Below the pieces are notes generated by a model. That model had not been told where the DNA came from, did not search any database, and saw only the letters and a list, made by a program, of their open reading frames with translations. From assembly GCA_019058445.1 (NCBI GenBank), contig JAHPZA010000009.1:582410-646409 (forward strand): a stretch of 64,000 nucleotides of DNA, given 5' to 3'. Below, in pieces: positions 10,632-19,455 of this stretch. Each line of letters begins with the position of its first letter. Position 1 is the first letter of the stretch. The position numbers and the translations under genes are program-made. Origin of the DNA: Promethearchaeota archaeon. GTDB lineage: Archaea; Asgardarchaeota; Lokiarchaeia; Sigyniarchaeales; SOKP01.

Positions 10632-11414
10632 TTGGTTCTAATGGCTAAAAAGAAAAGGAAGACAGCCGGTGATTCTTTAGCTTCAGCCTTAAAAAAAAAG
10701 AAAAGCAAAAAGAGATCTAAAAAAACATCGGAGTCCGACATAGAACCTCCAAAGCAAACTCAGGAAGCTCTTCAATCGTTACTTCAGGGAGTTTCAGAAG
10801 GCAAAGGTTTTTATCGACGTGAAATAAAAAAGGAGGAGATGATTGAGCCTCAATTATCATATGAATCAAAAAATAAGATTGCTGAAGATTATTTAATGGA
10901 AGAGGTTCCAATCTCAGAGAGGGCTTCAAAAGGTAAAGAAAGAACTCCGCTGGTTGAGGATCAAAAACCTCATATAGAGGAGATCCAAGAGGAAAAAGCC
11001 GCTCCTCCTCCACTAAAAAAAGCTGTTTCAAAGCCTACTGAAGAAAGTATTTATGAGAAGTTAGGTAATTTTTTTACTGAATATCTGAATGGATACAATG
11101 AACGTTATACTCAATGGGAAAATAGTGTAAGTAATATCTTATCTATACTGAGAAAGATGCGAAAATTTACGAAAAAAAATACTGAAGATCTGATAGATTC
11201 AATTAATAATCAAGTAAAGAAAATAGAACTCAATTTACAAGAATTTAAGATAAAAAGGGATGAGATTGAGAAAATTGCAGGAGTGGATATTTTAACAATG
11301 TCCGGTGAATTCAAAAAAGTCTTAGGTATGCTTGAGTTACAAGTGAAGGAATATCAATTAAAACGACTAACGGATGAATATATTCATCAACAAGCATTGT
11401 TCTCCCAGCTTTAG
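10632..11414 (+). CDS. Hypothetical protein: basic N-terminus, charged/disordered linker, helical C-terminus
   Basis: 260-aa ORF immediately upstream of the ARP gene, same strand. Confidence 0.75.
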   Translation: MVLMAKKKRKTAGDSLASALKKKKSKKRSKKTSESDIEPPKQTQEALQSLLQGVSEGKGFYRREIKKEEMIEPQLSYESKNKIAEDYLMEEVPISERASKGKERTPLVEDQKPHIEEIQEEKAAPPPLKKAVSKPTEESIYEKLGNFFTEYLNGYNERYTQWENSVSNILSILRKMRKFTKKNTEDLIDSINNQVKKIELNLQEFKIKRDEIEKIAGVDILTMSGEFKKVLGMLELQVKEYQLKRLTDEYIHQQALFSQL

Positions 11415-11464
11415 GAATCTAACTAAATTTTTGATTACTCTTTAAAAGGATTTTTAAGATTATC

Positions 11465-12610
11465 ATGAGCAATGAAGAAAGACAATTAAGACCATTAATT
11501 TTAGATATAGGAAGCGATAGGTTCAAATTAGGGTGGGCCGGTGATGATTCTCCGAGTATTATTGCACCATCAGTTTATGTAAATGTAAAAGATTATATCT
11601 TTGATTCAAATGTTATAGATGGGCTTGAAGAATTATTTTATGATGAGAAATCTGACACGCAATTATATGGAGAAATGGCTTTAAAATATCAGAATATATT
11701 GAACATCCATGAATTTAAAAAAGAAAACAATTTTTCTGTTCTCTTAAAATATTTTCAGTATTATTATGAGCAATTAAACATCGCTCCTGATTATAAGAAT
11801 AAACAGCCTATAATAATTATAGCTCCATTTTTCATGACTGAATTAGAAAAATCCAAAATTCAGCAGGTTTTCTTTAATGAATTAAATTTTCCTTATCTTT
11901 TATTTCTGTCAGAAAGCCAAGCTATATTACAAACCCTTCAAAAAACAACGGGAGTCGTTGTGAATATGGGTGAATCTCACACGTATATTTCTTCAATCTA
12001 TCATGGATTCACGAATATCATGGCCAGAGACATATTTCCTGTCGCAGGGAAAGATTTAACTAATCACCTAATAAATTTAATAATAACCAAAAAAGGATCT
12101 AGCATAAACCTTTATCTCGAAAAATGGCTTGCAAAAGAAATCAAGGAGAAAACAGCACTATGTGTTTTAAAACCAGAAGAAGAAATCGCGAGTATTAGAC
12201 AAGGATTTACAAATTATGATCAAGTAATTAATTTTCCAGATGGGTCAAATCTAGGAATAAATTTGGAAAGATTCATGCTTACTGAACCTTTTTTTGACCC
12301 AAAATTAATACGTATAGATTATATGAGTTTACCAGAAGCGATATCAAAGGTCATTCAGTCATGGGATCGGGAAAATTGGGAAGAATTAATACCAAATATC
12401 ATACTTTCCGGTGCAGGAAGTTTAATACCGGGATTAAAAGAAAGATTAAAAATGGAAATAATGAAATATTTTTCAGAGAAGATTAGTCAAAAAGTGGGAA
12501 TCATTGCAGCAACTGGAAGAGAGAATATGAGCTGGTTAGGAGCATCTATTTTACATTCAAAAAACGAATTGCAAGAAGGTTGGATGTCAAATCCAGAATA
12601 TAAAGAGTAA
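11465..12610 (+). CDS. Actin-related protein (Asgard ARP)
   Basis: LILDIGS..KLGWAGDDSP, TTGVVVNMG, AGKDLT, IKEK, ERF..EPFF.P, NIILSG, SWLGASIL, all collinear with actin. Confidence 0.93.
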   Translation: MSNEERQLRPLILDIGSDRFKLGWAGDDSPSIIAPSVYVNVKDYIFDSNVIDGLEELFYDEKSDTQLYGEMALKYQNILNIHEFKKENNFSVLLKYFQYYYEQLNIAPDYKNKQPIIIIAPFFMTELEKSKIQQVFFNELNFPYLLFLSESQAILQTLQKTTGVVVNMGESHTYISSIYHGFTNIMARDIFPVAGKDLTNHLINLIITKKGSSINLYLEKWLAKEIKEKTALCVLKPEEEIASIRQGFTNYDQVINFPDGSNLGINLERFMLTEPFFDPKLIRIDYMSLPEAISKVIQSWDRENWEELIPNIILSGAGSLIPGLKERLKMEIMKYFSEKISQKVGIIAATGRENMSWLGASILHSKNELQEGWMSNPEYKE

Positions 12611-12639
12611 TAAATACAAAAAGAGGAAAAGAAGAGTAT

Positions 12640-15135
12640 ATGAGTGTCAGTTCTGAGATAAAAGATCAATTTTTAAAAGATTTTCAAAACCGAATTCTAC
12701 AGGGGAGAAAGTTATTACAAAGTTCCAATCACAGATGGGGTGATAAACTATTTACAGATTTATTTTTTGAAATAGAAAAAATAGACTGGTTGACAAGTCA
12801 GAAAAAGCGACAACTCACAATGATTATTTCCAATTCGTGGTGGATTTATTTGAATTCATTAACCAGTCGGAAGGAAGAAAAAGTGGATATCATTAGATAT
12901 GTTGACGCTTATAACCGATTCTTCTCATTTTTATCAAAATTGGATGAATTCGATTTATTTACTAATTTTTGGTCCACCCTTTTAAAAAGAATCATTCAAT
13001 CAAGTGATTATTCTATTAATGGAATTACTAAATTCATCAACTCTTTTTGTGAGAAAGTAAAAAAGAGAGAAGATAAGATATCATTAGTAGAATTGCAATT
13101 ATTATTAATATATTTAAGAAAATCAGTATTACCATCAGACTTATTCCGTCTAAGTTTAAAAACCCTGGGGGAAATTCTTTATAAACTTGAACCCAATAAA
13201 AAGAGTATTTTTTTATATATTGTTATTGAGAGTATTAAACTTGATTTCTTAGAAGAAACAAAGGATTTCATAAGTGAAATTAATAAAATATTAGTAGGGC
13301 GCCTACCTAATTATTTAAAAGAAGATTTTAGTAATCTAAGAAAAGTTAACATTAATGAAAGAAATTTTGATGTAATATTAATCGATTTAGAAGATTTAAT
13401 CTATTATTTGAATAATATTGGGGAGCATTCGTGGATCATTATTATTATAAAGAATATATTTTCTAAAATCAGAGAATATAAATCCTTAAATGATGCATTA
13501 GTTTTTATAAAAAAATATATAGATTTTTCAGTGAGGCGAAATCAGTTTGAAATTGCTTATGCGATTTATGATTTCCTGGAAGATATATTTTTATACCAAA
13601 CAGATTTAGGATACGATAAAAATTTAATAGAACTTTGGGTTAATGCTTGTAAGAAATTTGTAGATATGAAAGAAAAAAAGTACTTATATCATTCTCTGGA
13701 AAAACTAAGTAATCATCTTAAAACTCCTACTACGCCTGAAGAAATTTATCATTATTTCTATACATATGATTATCTTTGGCAGTTTAAAAGTAAATTTTTC
13801 GTGTTAGAATCAGGAGATTTTTGGAAGATGATGTTTTATCGCACTTTTTTCGAAGAAAAAGATTTGGATCTCGCAAATAAAATAATTAGATTTTTGCCAG
13901 AAGAAATAAAAGCTAATCTGATGGATTTAAACTCACTATATAGTCTAACAGAATCGTTAAGAACTCAAATCTATTCTGTAAAAGATGATTATAAGGAATC
14001 TATGATTGGTGAATTCGATTTTTCATTAAACCAAATGATTTTACGTATTAACTCTGAAGGTGCTATTTCTTTTCGAATATTATTTGAAAATAATAACCTG
14101 ATGGAAGGAAAAATCACAGATGAGTATTGGAATGATTTGCACATTATGGAAATATATAGCGATCTCTTTTCTGGAAATCAAGAAAAAATTTTTAACTTTA
14201 ATTTAATCGAGTTTGGGAAATTACTTTTTAATTTTCTCCCTAAAATGATAAGGGCATTTTTCAAAAGAATTCAATCAAAGGAAACAGAATATATGCCTCA
14301 GATTTACTTTATTTTGGATAATATGACAGTGCCATTTGATTTAATTTATGATAACAATTTTTTTATGTTAAAATATTCGAGTGGCTATAAAATCGGAGAA
14401 CCCCCACTGGGAGGTGTTCTCACTGAACAGGAACTATCTAGTGAAGATTCTGTACAAAAACTAAGTAATTATAAGATTTTATTAATTGAAGCAATTAATT
14501 CAAAAGATCCACTACAATGGAATGAGGAATTACAAAAGAAAATGTTAATTTTTCCATTTGTCTATGGCATGGAAGAATTAAATTATATAACTCATTTTTT
14601 TAATACCCAACCTAAAGTAAGTGAGATGATTATTTTAAGCGATGTTGAATCAACTCGAGAGAAAATTTTAACACATCTATCTCAAGGTGCATATCATATT
14701 ATTCATTTTGTTGGGAACATATTTTATTCGAAATTAAGTCCAAAAGATAGTTATATTCTTACAAATGATAAACATTTAATTACCTTCAATGAAATTAAAA
14801 GAGCTATAGATATTAATCAGAATCAAAATAACATTCAACCAATCTTGTTTTTTAACGCCCAGATTTTTGATGTAAATGGTAGGAGATTAAAGAATGTGTT
14901 AAGAACTTTTGGTGAAATGGTCAGTCAATTCAATTACGATAGAATTACGGGAATAGCTTCCCGAATTTATCCAATTTTTAACGAAGATTCAAGAGAAATC
15001 ATATCAAATTTTTATATTAACTTATTTTCTCATAAAGGTCAAGGAGAGGCACTCCTGAATGCAAGAAAACAATGTAAAAGTGGATTGGCTATTAGTTCTT
15101 TTATTTTATTTGGTCAGCCTTGGAAAACATTATAA
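12640..15135 (+). CDS. Alpha-helical solenoid plus degenerate C-terminal CHAT (caspase-like) domain
   Basis: VPFDLI, YHIIHFVGN, LFFNAQ, FY..L....GEALLNAR, SFILFGQP. Confidence 0.75.
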   Translation: MSVSSEIKDQFLKDFQNRILQGRKLLQSSNHRWGDKLFTDLFFEIEKIDWLTSQKKRQLTMIISNSWWIYLNSLTSRKEEKVDIIRYVDAYNRFFSFLSKLDEFDLFTNFWSTLLKRIIQSSDYSINGITKFINSFCEKVKKREDKISLVELQLLLIYLRKSVLPSDLFRLSLKTLGEILYKLEPNKKSIFLYIVIESIKLDFLEETKDFISEINKILVGRLPNYLKEDFSNLRKVNINERNFDVILIDLEDLIYYLNNIGEHSWIIIIIKNIFSKIREYKSLNDALVFIKKYIDFSVRRNQFEIAYAIYDFLEDIFLYQTDLGYDKNLIELWVNACKKFVDMKEKKYLYHSLEKLSNHLKTPTTPEEIYHYFYTYDYLWQFKSKFFVLESGDFWKMMFYRTFFEEKDLDLANKIIRFLPEEIKANLMDLNSLYSLTESLRTQIYSVKDDYKESMIGEFDFSLNQMILRINSEGAISFRILFENNNLMEGKITDEYWNDLHIMEIYSDLFSGNQEKIFNFNLIEFGKLLFNFLPKMIRAFFKRIQSKETEYMPQIYFILDNMTVPFDLIYDNNFFMLKYSSGYKIGEPPLGGVLTEQELSSEDSVQKLSNYKILLIEAINSKDPLQWNEELQKKMLIFPFVYGMEELNYITHFFNTQPKVSEMIILSDVESTREKILTHLSQGAYHIIHFVGNIFYSKLSPKDSYILTNDKHLITFNEIKRAIDINQNQNNIQPILFFNAQIFDVNGRRLKNVLRTFGEMVSQFNYDRITGIASRIYPIFNEDSREIISNFYINLFSHKGQGEALLNARKQCKSGLAISSFILFGQPWKTL

Positions 15136-15219
15136 CTTCTATATCACCTTTATTAAGAAAACTTAAAAAAATAAGAAAAACTTAAACATAAAATAGAAAT
15201 AAAAAAGAGTTGATGTAAT

Positions 15220-15753
15220 ATCTCCGATCGCTTGAATGAATTAAGAATGGAAAATAGACGCTTAAAAAGCCAGATTGAAGAATTTGAGCAAAAACTCTTA
15301 GCTTTAGTAGGTAATATTGAATTAGAATCTTCAGGAGAAGGTGACAATAAAGAATATCTGAACAACACGATAATTGAATTTATAAATGCAACTGCAGACC
15401 AACTAAATATTGTTACCCCTAAAATAGATAAGTTCTATACGGATGAATTGAAAAGAATCGCTCAAAAAGGTTTACCAGTACTAATAATAACAACAGATAG
15501 ACGCTTATTGTCTAAACCTTATCAAAAAATCTATGATGAGCTCACAAATACTCCAGGTATCAGTGTAATCAATAATCCAAATGTAAAATATTTACTAGTT
15601 TTTAATACAGACAGAGCACTATATTCTGGAGGGGCTTTAGACAGAGAAGAACTATCGGCTTCTGTATTGATCGTTACAATTATAAATGAGAAGCAAAAAC
15701 TAAGAAAAATAGCAGAAATTTTCAGCGCAATGCTTCCCTCTTTTATGAGATGA
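15220..15753 (+). CDS. Coiled coil plus PLD/TrmB-like domain lacking HKD (start ATC 15220 or TTG 15232)
   Basis: FINATADQLNIVTP, KGLPVLIIT, KYLLVFNTDRALYSG follow the PLD-like strand pattern. Confidence 0.6.
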   Translation: MSDRLNELRMENRRLKSQIEEFEQKLLALVGNIELESSGEGDNKEYLNNTIIEFINATADQLNIVTPKIDKFYTDELKRIAQKGLPVLIITTDRRLLSKPYQKIYDELTNTPGISVINNPNVKYLLVFNTDRALYSGGALDREELSASVLIVTIINEKQKLRKIAEIFSAMLPSFMR

Positions 15754-15835
15754 AACAATCTACTTTTTAACAAATTATATTATTAACGTCATATTGCTAA
15801 AATTTTTTTTAGTTTAAAGTAAGTTTTAATTAATA

Positions 15836-18040
15836 ATGGTTAAAAGAATAATAAATAGCGTTGATATCGTTAAAAAATTTGGGTTAAATTCGAAATTCTT
15901 TAATGAATCATTTAAAATCCTTAAGAGAAAGGCTTCAACGTCCCAAGGAGATTTATTTAAAAAGAATTTTAAAGAATGGAGAGAAAAATACCAAAAGATT
16001 TATGGCCAATCAGCATCAGACATTAATTTCTTCATAAAACAAACATATTTCATAATGTTATTGAAGTCTTTAATGTTCATCAAATTAGCTAATAAGAATA
16101 ATATTGAACTGGAAGAAAATTTGGACTATTGGAATTTTTTTGGTTCAAAAGGACTTAATGTATTTGAATTTGAGAATTTTTATTGGATTGATATAAATAT
16201 TGAACAAATTAAAAACATTTATCATCAACTAGAATCATCAGAGTTTGCCTTGCAAGATTTATTTTTTGAGGTATATCAGCAGATTTTCTTCACAAAAACG
16301 CGACATAAATTGGGAGAGTTTTACACTCCTTCTCATCTTGTTCATAAGATGATTAATAATTATTATGAGTTTGGATTAAAAATTTTAGATCCTAGCTGCG
16401 GTTCTGGAAATTTCTTAATTGATATAATTTTAAAAATTTTAAACTATAATACTTCGAGAAAATTAAAAATAGAGGCAATTAATAAAGTATTTGGATTTGA
16501 TATAAATCCTTTAGCCGTATTGATGACAAAAGTAAATATCCTTTTGGTTATTTTAGAGTATTTTGATTTAGAAAAAGATGAAAGACCATCTCTCAATATA
16601 TTTTTATTGGACTCATTTTTTCCAGAATCTAGTGAAATTAAAAACGATTATCCTATTAATACATTATACAATTCATTTGATTTAGTAATTGGAAATCCTC
16701 CTTGGCTTACTTATAAAGATTTCAATTCTAAGGAGTACCAAAATAAAGTTCGTGATTTAGCAGAGGAATTGGATTTAAAACCGTTAAGTCAGTATATAAC
16801 TCATATTGAATTGGCAAGTATTTTTTTTTATTTAATCCCTATTAAATTCTTAAAGATTAATGGTAGCATTTTTTTCGTAATCACAAAAAGTGTATTGAAT
16901 GGAGATCATTGCTATAAGTTTCGAGCTTTTTCGATTTTTAATAATATAGAAATATGGGATTTCCCTTCCAATTATTTATTTAATATTCAATACATCTGCT
17001 TAAAAGCAAATTATATAGGAACAAAGAATAAGATCTCAGTTAAAGATAAATATCCAATTAAAACAAAAATTTTCAATGAAAAGCTGGAATTACAGGAGGA
17101 GACATTGTATTCAAGTTTAAAAATTGAAGATAATGGAGCAAAAATAATTTTGCCTCTCCACCAATTAGAAATGTTAAACAACATATCGACAAGTCATTAT
17201 AAAAATGAATTTTTTCAAGGGGCGACTCTAGTTCCAAGAACTTTGGTATTTTTTAAAATTGAAGAGATAAAGAACAATCAATTAGTAATTTCAACTGATC
17301 CAAATATTGTTTCTCGGGCAAAGAAGGAGTGGTATTATACTTTTAAAAATAAAAAGATTGAATCACAATTCTGGTATAAAACATTTTTAAATAAAGATCT
17401 TATTCCCTTTTTTTTAACAAAACTAAGAGATGTCTTTTTACCTGTAAATAATCGTCTTGAATTTGATTTTAAATATTTAGAAAAATACCCTCTCGCATTC
17501 AAATACTATTGCGAAATGAATGAAATCTATCAACAGAAAAAAAAAATCACAAGTGAGATTAACACCCTATTCTCCAATTTAAATTACTGGAATAAATTAA
17601 CTAAACAATATAATAATAAAACATATTTAGTATTGTATAATGCTAGCGGTTCAAATTTGAAAGCTGGAGTAATTCAAAATCCGAAGAAGAATATTATCGT
17701 AGGATCTGAAAATTATTATTTTTCCACCGAATCAAAAGATGAAGCTTATTTCTTATCTGCTATTTTAAATTCACCCCTTTTGTCAAATAATATCAAACTA
17801 ATTAAAAGCTCCCGTCATATCCATAAAAGACCATTTTCATTTCCAATACCCTTTTATGATAAAACTAATGATTTGCATAAAAGATTAGCGAAAAATGCTA
17901 TGGAATGTGAAATACTTGTTAAAGATTTGTATCTAAAAAATTCAAAAGTGAAAAATGAGAAAGTTAAAGATATAATCAATCAAGAACTAAATTCAATCAA
18001 CAATAAAGTGGAGCAAATTTTTTTAAAAAAAAATATTTGA
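15836..18040 (+). CDS. N6-adenine DNA methyltransferase (Eco57I/type IIG-like M plus TRD, no evident nuclease domain)
   Basis: GEFYTP, LDPSCGSGNF, GFDINP, VIGNPPW, ILNS. Confidence 0.9.
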   Translation: MVKRIINSVDIVKKFGLNSKFFNESFKILKRKASTSQGDLFKKNFKEWREKYQKIYGQSASDINFFIKQTYFIMLLKSLMFIKLANKNNIELEENLDYWNFFGSKGLNVFEFENFYWIDINIEQIKNIYHQLESSEFALQDLFFEVYQQIFFTKTRHKLGEFYTPSHLVHKMINNYYEFGLKILDPSCGSGNFLIDIILKILNYNTSRKLKIEAINKVFGFDINPLAVLMTKVNILLVILEYFDLEKDERPSLNIFLLDSFFPESSEIKNDYPINTLYNSFDLVIGNPPWLTYKDFNSKEYQNKVRDLAEELDLKPLSQYITHIELASIFFYLIPIKFLKINGSIFFVITKSVLNGDHCYKFRAFSIFNNIEIWDFPSNYLFNIQYICLKANYIGTKNKISVKDKYPIKTKIFNEKLELQEETLYSSLKIEDNGAKIILPLHQLEMLNNISTSHYKNEFFQGATLVPRTLVFFKIEEIKNNQLVISTDPNIVSRAKKEWYYTFKNKKIESQFWYKTFLNKDLIPFFLTKLRDVFLPVNNRLEFDFKYLEKYPLAFKYYCEMNEIYQQKKKITSEINTLFSNLNYWNKLTKQYNNKTYLVLYNASGSNLKAGVIQNPKKNIIVGSENYYFSTESKDEAYFLSAILNSPLLSNNIKLIKSSRHIHKRPFSFPIPFYDKTNDLHKRLAKNAMECEILVKDLYLKNSKVKNEKVKDIINQELNSINNKVEQIFLKKNI

Positions 18041-18158
18041 TAAGAAAAAGCATAGATTTTTCTTTTAAGATAAGTTTTTATAAGTAAAGTTTTTTTAAAT
18101 TACTATTAAAATAATTAATTTCTTATTAAAATAAATTTTAGATCGAGGTTTTGAAAAT

Positions 18159-18776
18159 ATGCCATCACGACGAGGAGATGGAACATTAGTATTCAAGATT
18201 TGTTTCTATGGCCCTTCTCTAGGAGGTAAAACAACGGCACTTGAATGGGTATATCATCGTGAGGGACTTGCAAGTGGAGATATGCAACAAATCCAAGATC
18301 CTACTGGTCGAACACTATTTTTTGACCGTGTAGTTGCTCGTGTTTCCAATGTTGTCTTCCAAGTTTACACTGTAGCTGGCCAACGTAGACATAAATTCCA
18401 GCGACAGACAGTTTTAAAGGGGACAGACGCTGTTATTTTTACATGGGATTCACTTATTGATCAGTGGGGAGAGAACATTTGGTCTCTTAAGGAGCTCCTG
18501 AAGTTTTATGGCAATAAACTGATCCCTCCCAGTCCTACTGATCCAACTCCTGAAGTTCCATTGGTAGTTCTCGCTAATAAAAGAGATTTAGACGATATCG
18601 TTGAAATTGCCAAAATAAGAACTGTGCTTGACACTGCCAAACTAAACCATACTTTGGTCTACGAAACTATTGCTATCACTGGTATAAATGTTAAAAGAGC
18701 TTTTGTCTATGCAGCCAGACAAGCAGTCCTAAATCACTATAAGAAGCTCTCTGGTAAAACAATGGAAACTGCGTAA
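18159..18776 (+). CDS. MglA-type small GTPase
   Basis: GPSLGGKTT, RTLFFD, YTVAGQ (MglA has TVPGQ), NKRD. Confidence 0.92.
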   Translation: MPSRRGDGTLVFKICFYGPSLGGKTTALEWVYHREGLASGDMQQIQDPTGRTLFFDRVVARVSNVVFQVYTVAGQRRHKFQRQTVLKGTDAVIFTWDSLIDQWGENIWSLKELLKFYGNKLIPPSPTDPTPEVPLVVLANKRDLDDIVEIAKIRTVLDTAKLNHTLVYETIAITGINVKRAFVYAARQAVLNHYKKLSGKTMETA

Positions 18777-18834
18777 AGTAAAAAACTTTTTTTCTCTATT
18801 TTTGATGTTAAGTAAGTAAATAAGGATAATTTTA

Positions 18835-19380
18835 TCATAAGTAGATGATTTCAGGCTCAACTTTATCTTTAGAGATCCTTAAATACCCATAAGAATTGAT
18901 ATCTGTAAATTTTTTATCTGTTGGAGTCCCAGGGTTAAGATATAATTTGCCATCTCTCCACACCTCATTATATGGTCTATGTACATGTCCAAAGATTATA
19001 ATATCATAAGGAGTTAAATCAAATTGTCGATTCAATCTTTTAATTACAATATTAGGACCCCCCATACCATGCGTCATGAAAATTTTATGACCATATAACT
19101 CAAGCTCAATAGTTTCTGGTAATAATGTTTTTAATTTACGATCAAAATCCATATTTCCTATAACGCCAATCACCTTATCTTTACCAAAAGCGTCAGTAAG
19201 CGCCTGATAGACCTTAAACTTTTCAAAATCACCCAAGTGAAATAAATAATCAATATTTTTATCCTTAAAATCTTCTATAATAACTTCCGGTATTTGAGGA
19301 ACTCTGGAAGGCACATGAGTATCAGAAATAAGACCAATTAAAAGTTCATCTTTATTGGTTTGAAGCATATAAATAAACAC
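18835..19380 (-). CDS. Vps29/YfcE-family metallophosphoesterase
   Basis: ISDTHVP, HLGD, GNMD, THG, GHVH, NPG. Confidence 0.92.
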   Translation of the reverse strand: MFIYMLQTNKDELLIGLISDTHVPSRVPQIPEVIIEDFKDKNIDYLFHLGDFEKFKVYQALTDAFGKDKVIGVIGNMDFDRKLKTLLPETIELELYGHKIFMTHGMGGPNIVIKRLNRQFDLTPYDIIIFGHVHRPYNEVWRDGKLYLNPGTPTDKKFTDINSYGYLRISKDKVEPEIIYL

Positions 19381-19455
19381 GTTTTTTAAAATTAAAATTC
19401 TTCGATTATTAGGTTAAGAAAAGTTCCATCTATTGAATTTGACTCTTAAAGCTGG

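Noticed and set aside
12640-18040. Active CHAT-protease/PLD anti-phage system with a methyltransferase
   Set aside because: The catalytic residues of both the CHAT and PLD-like domains are absent.
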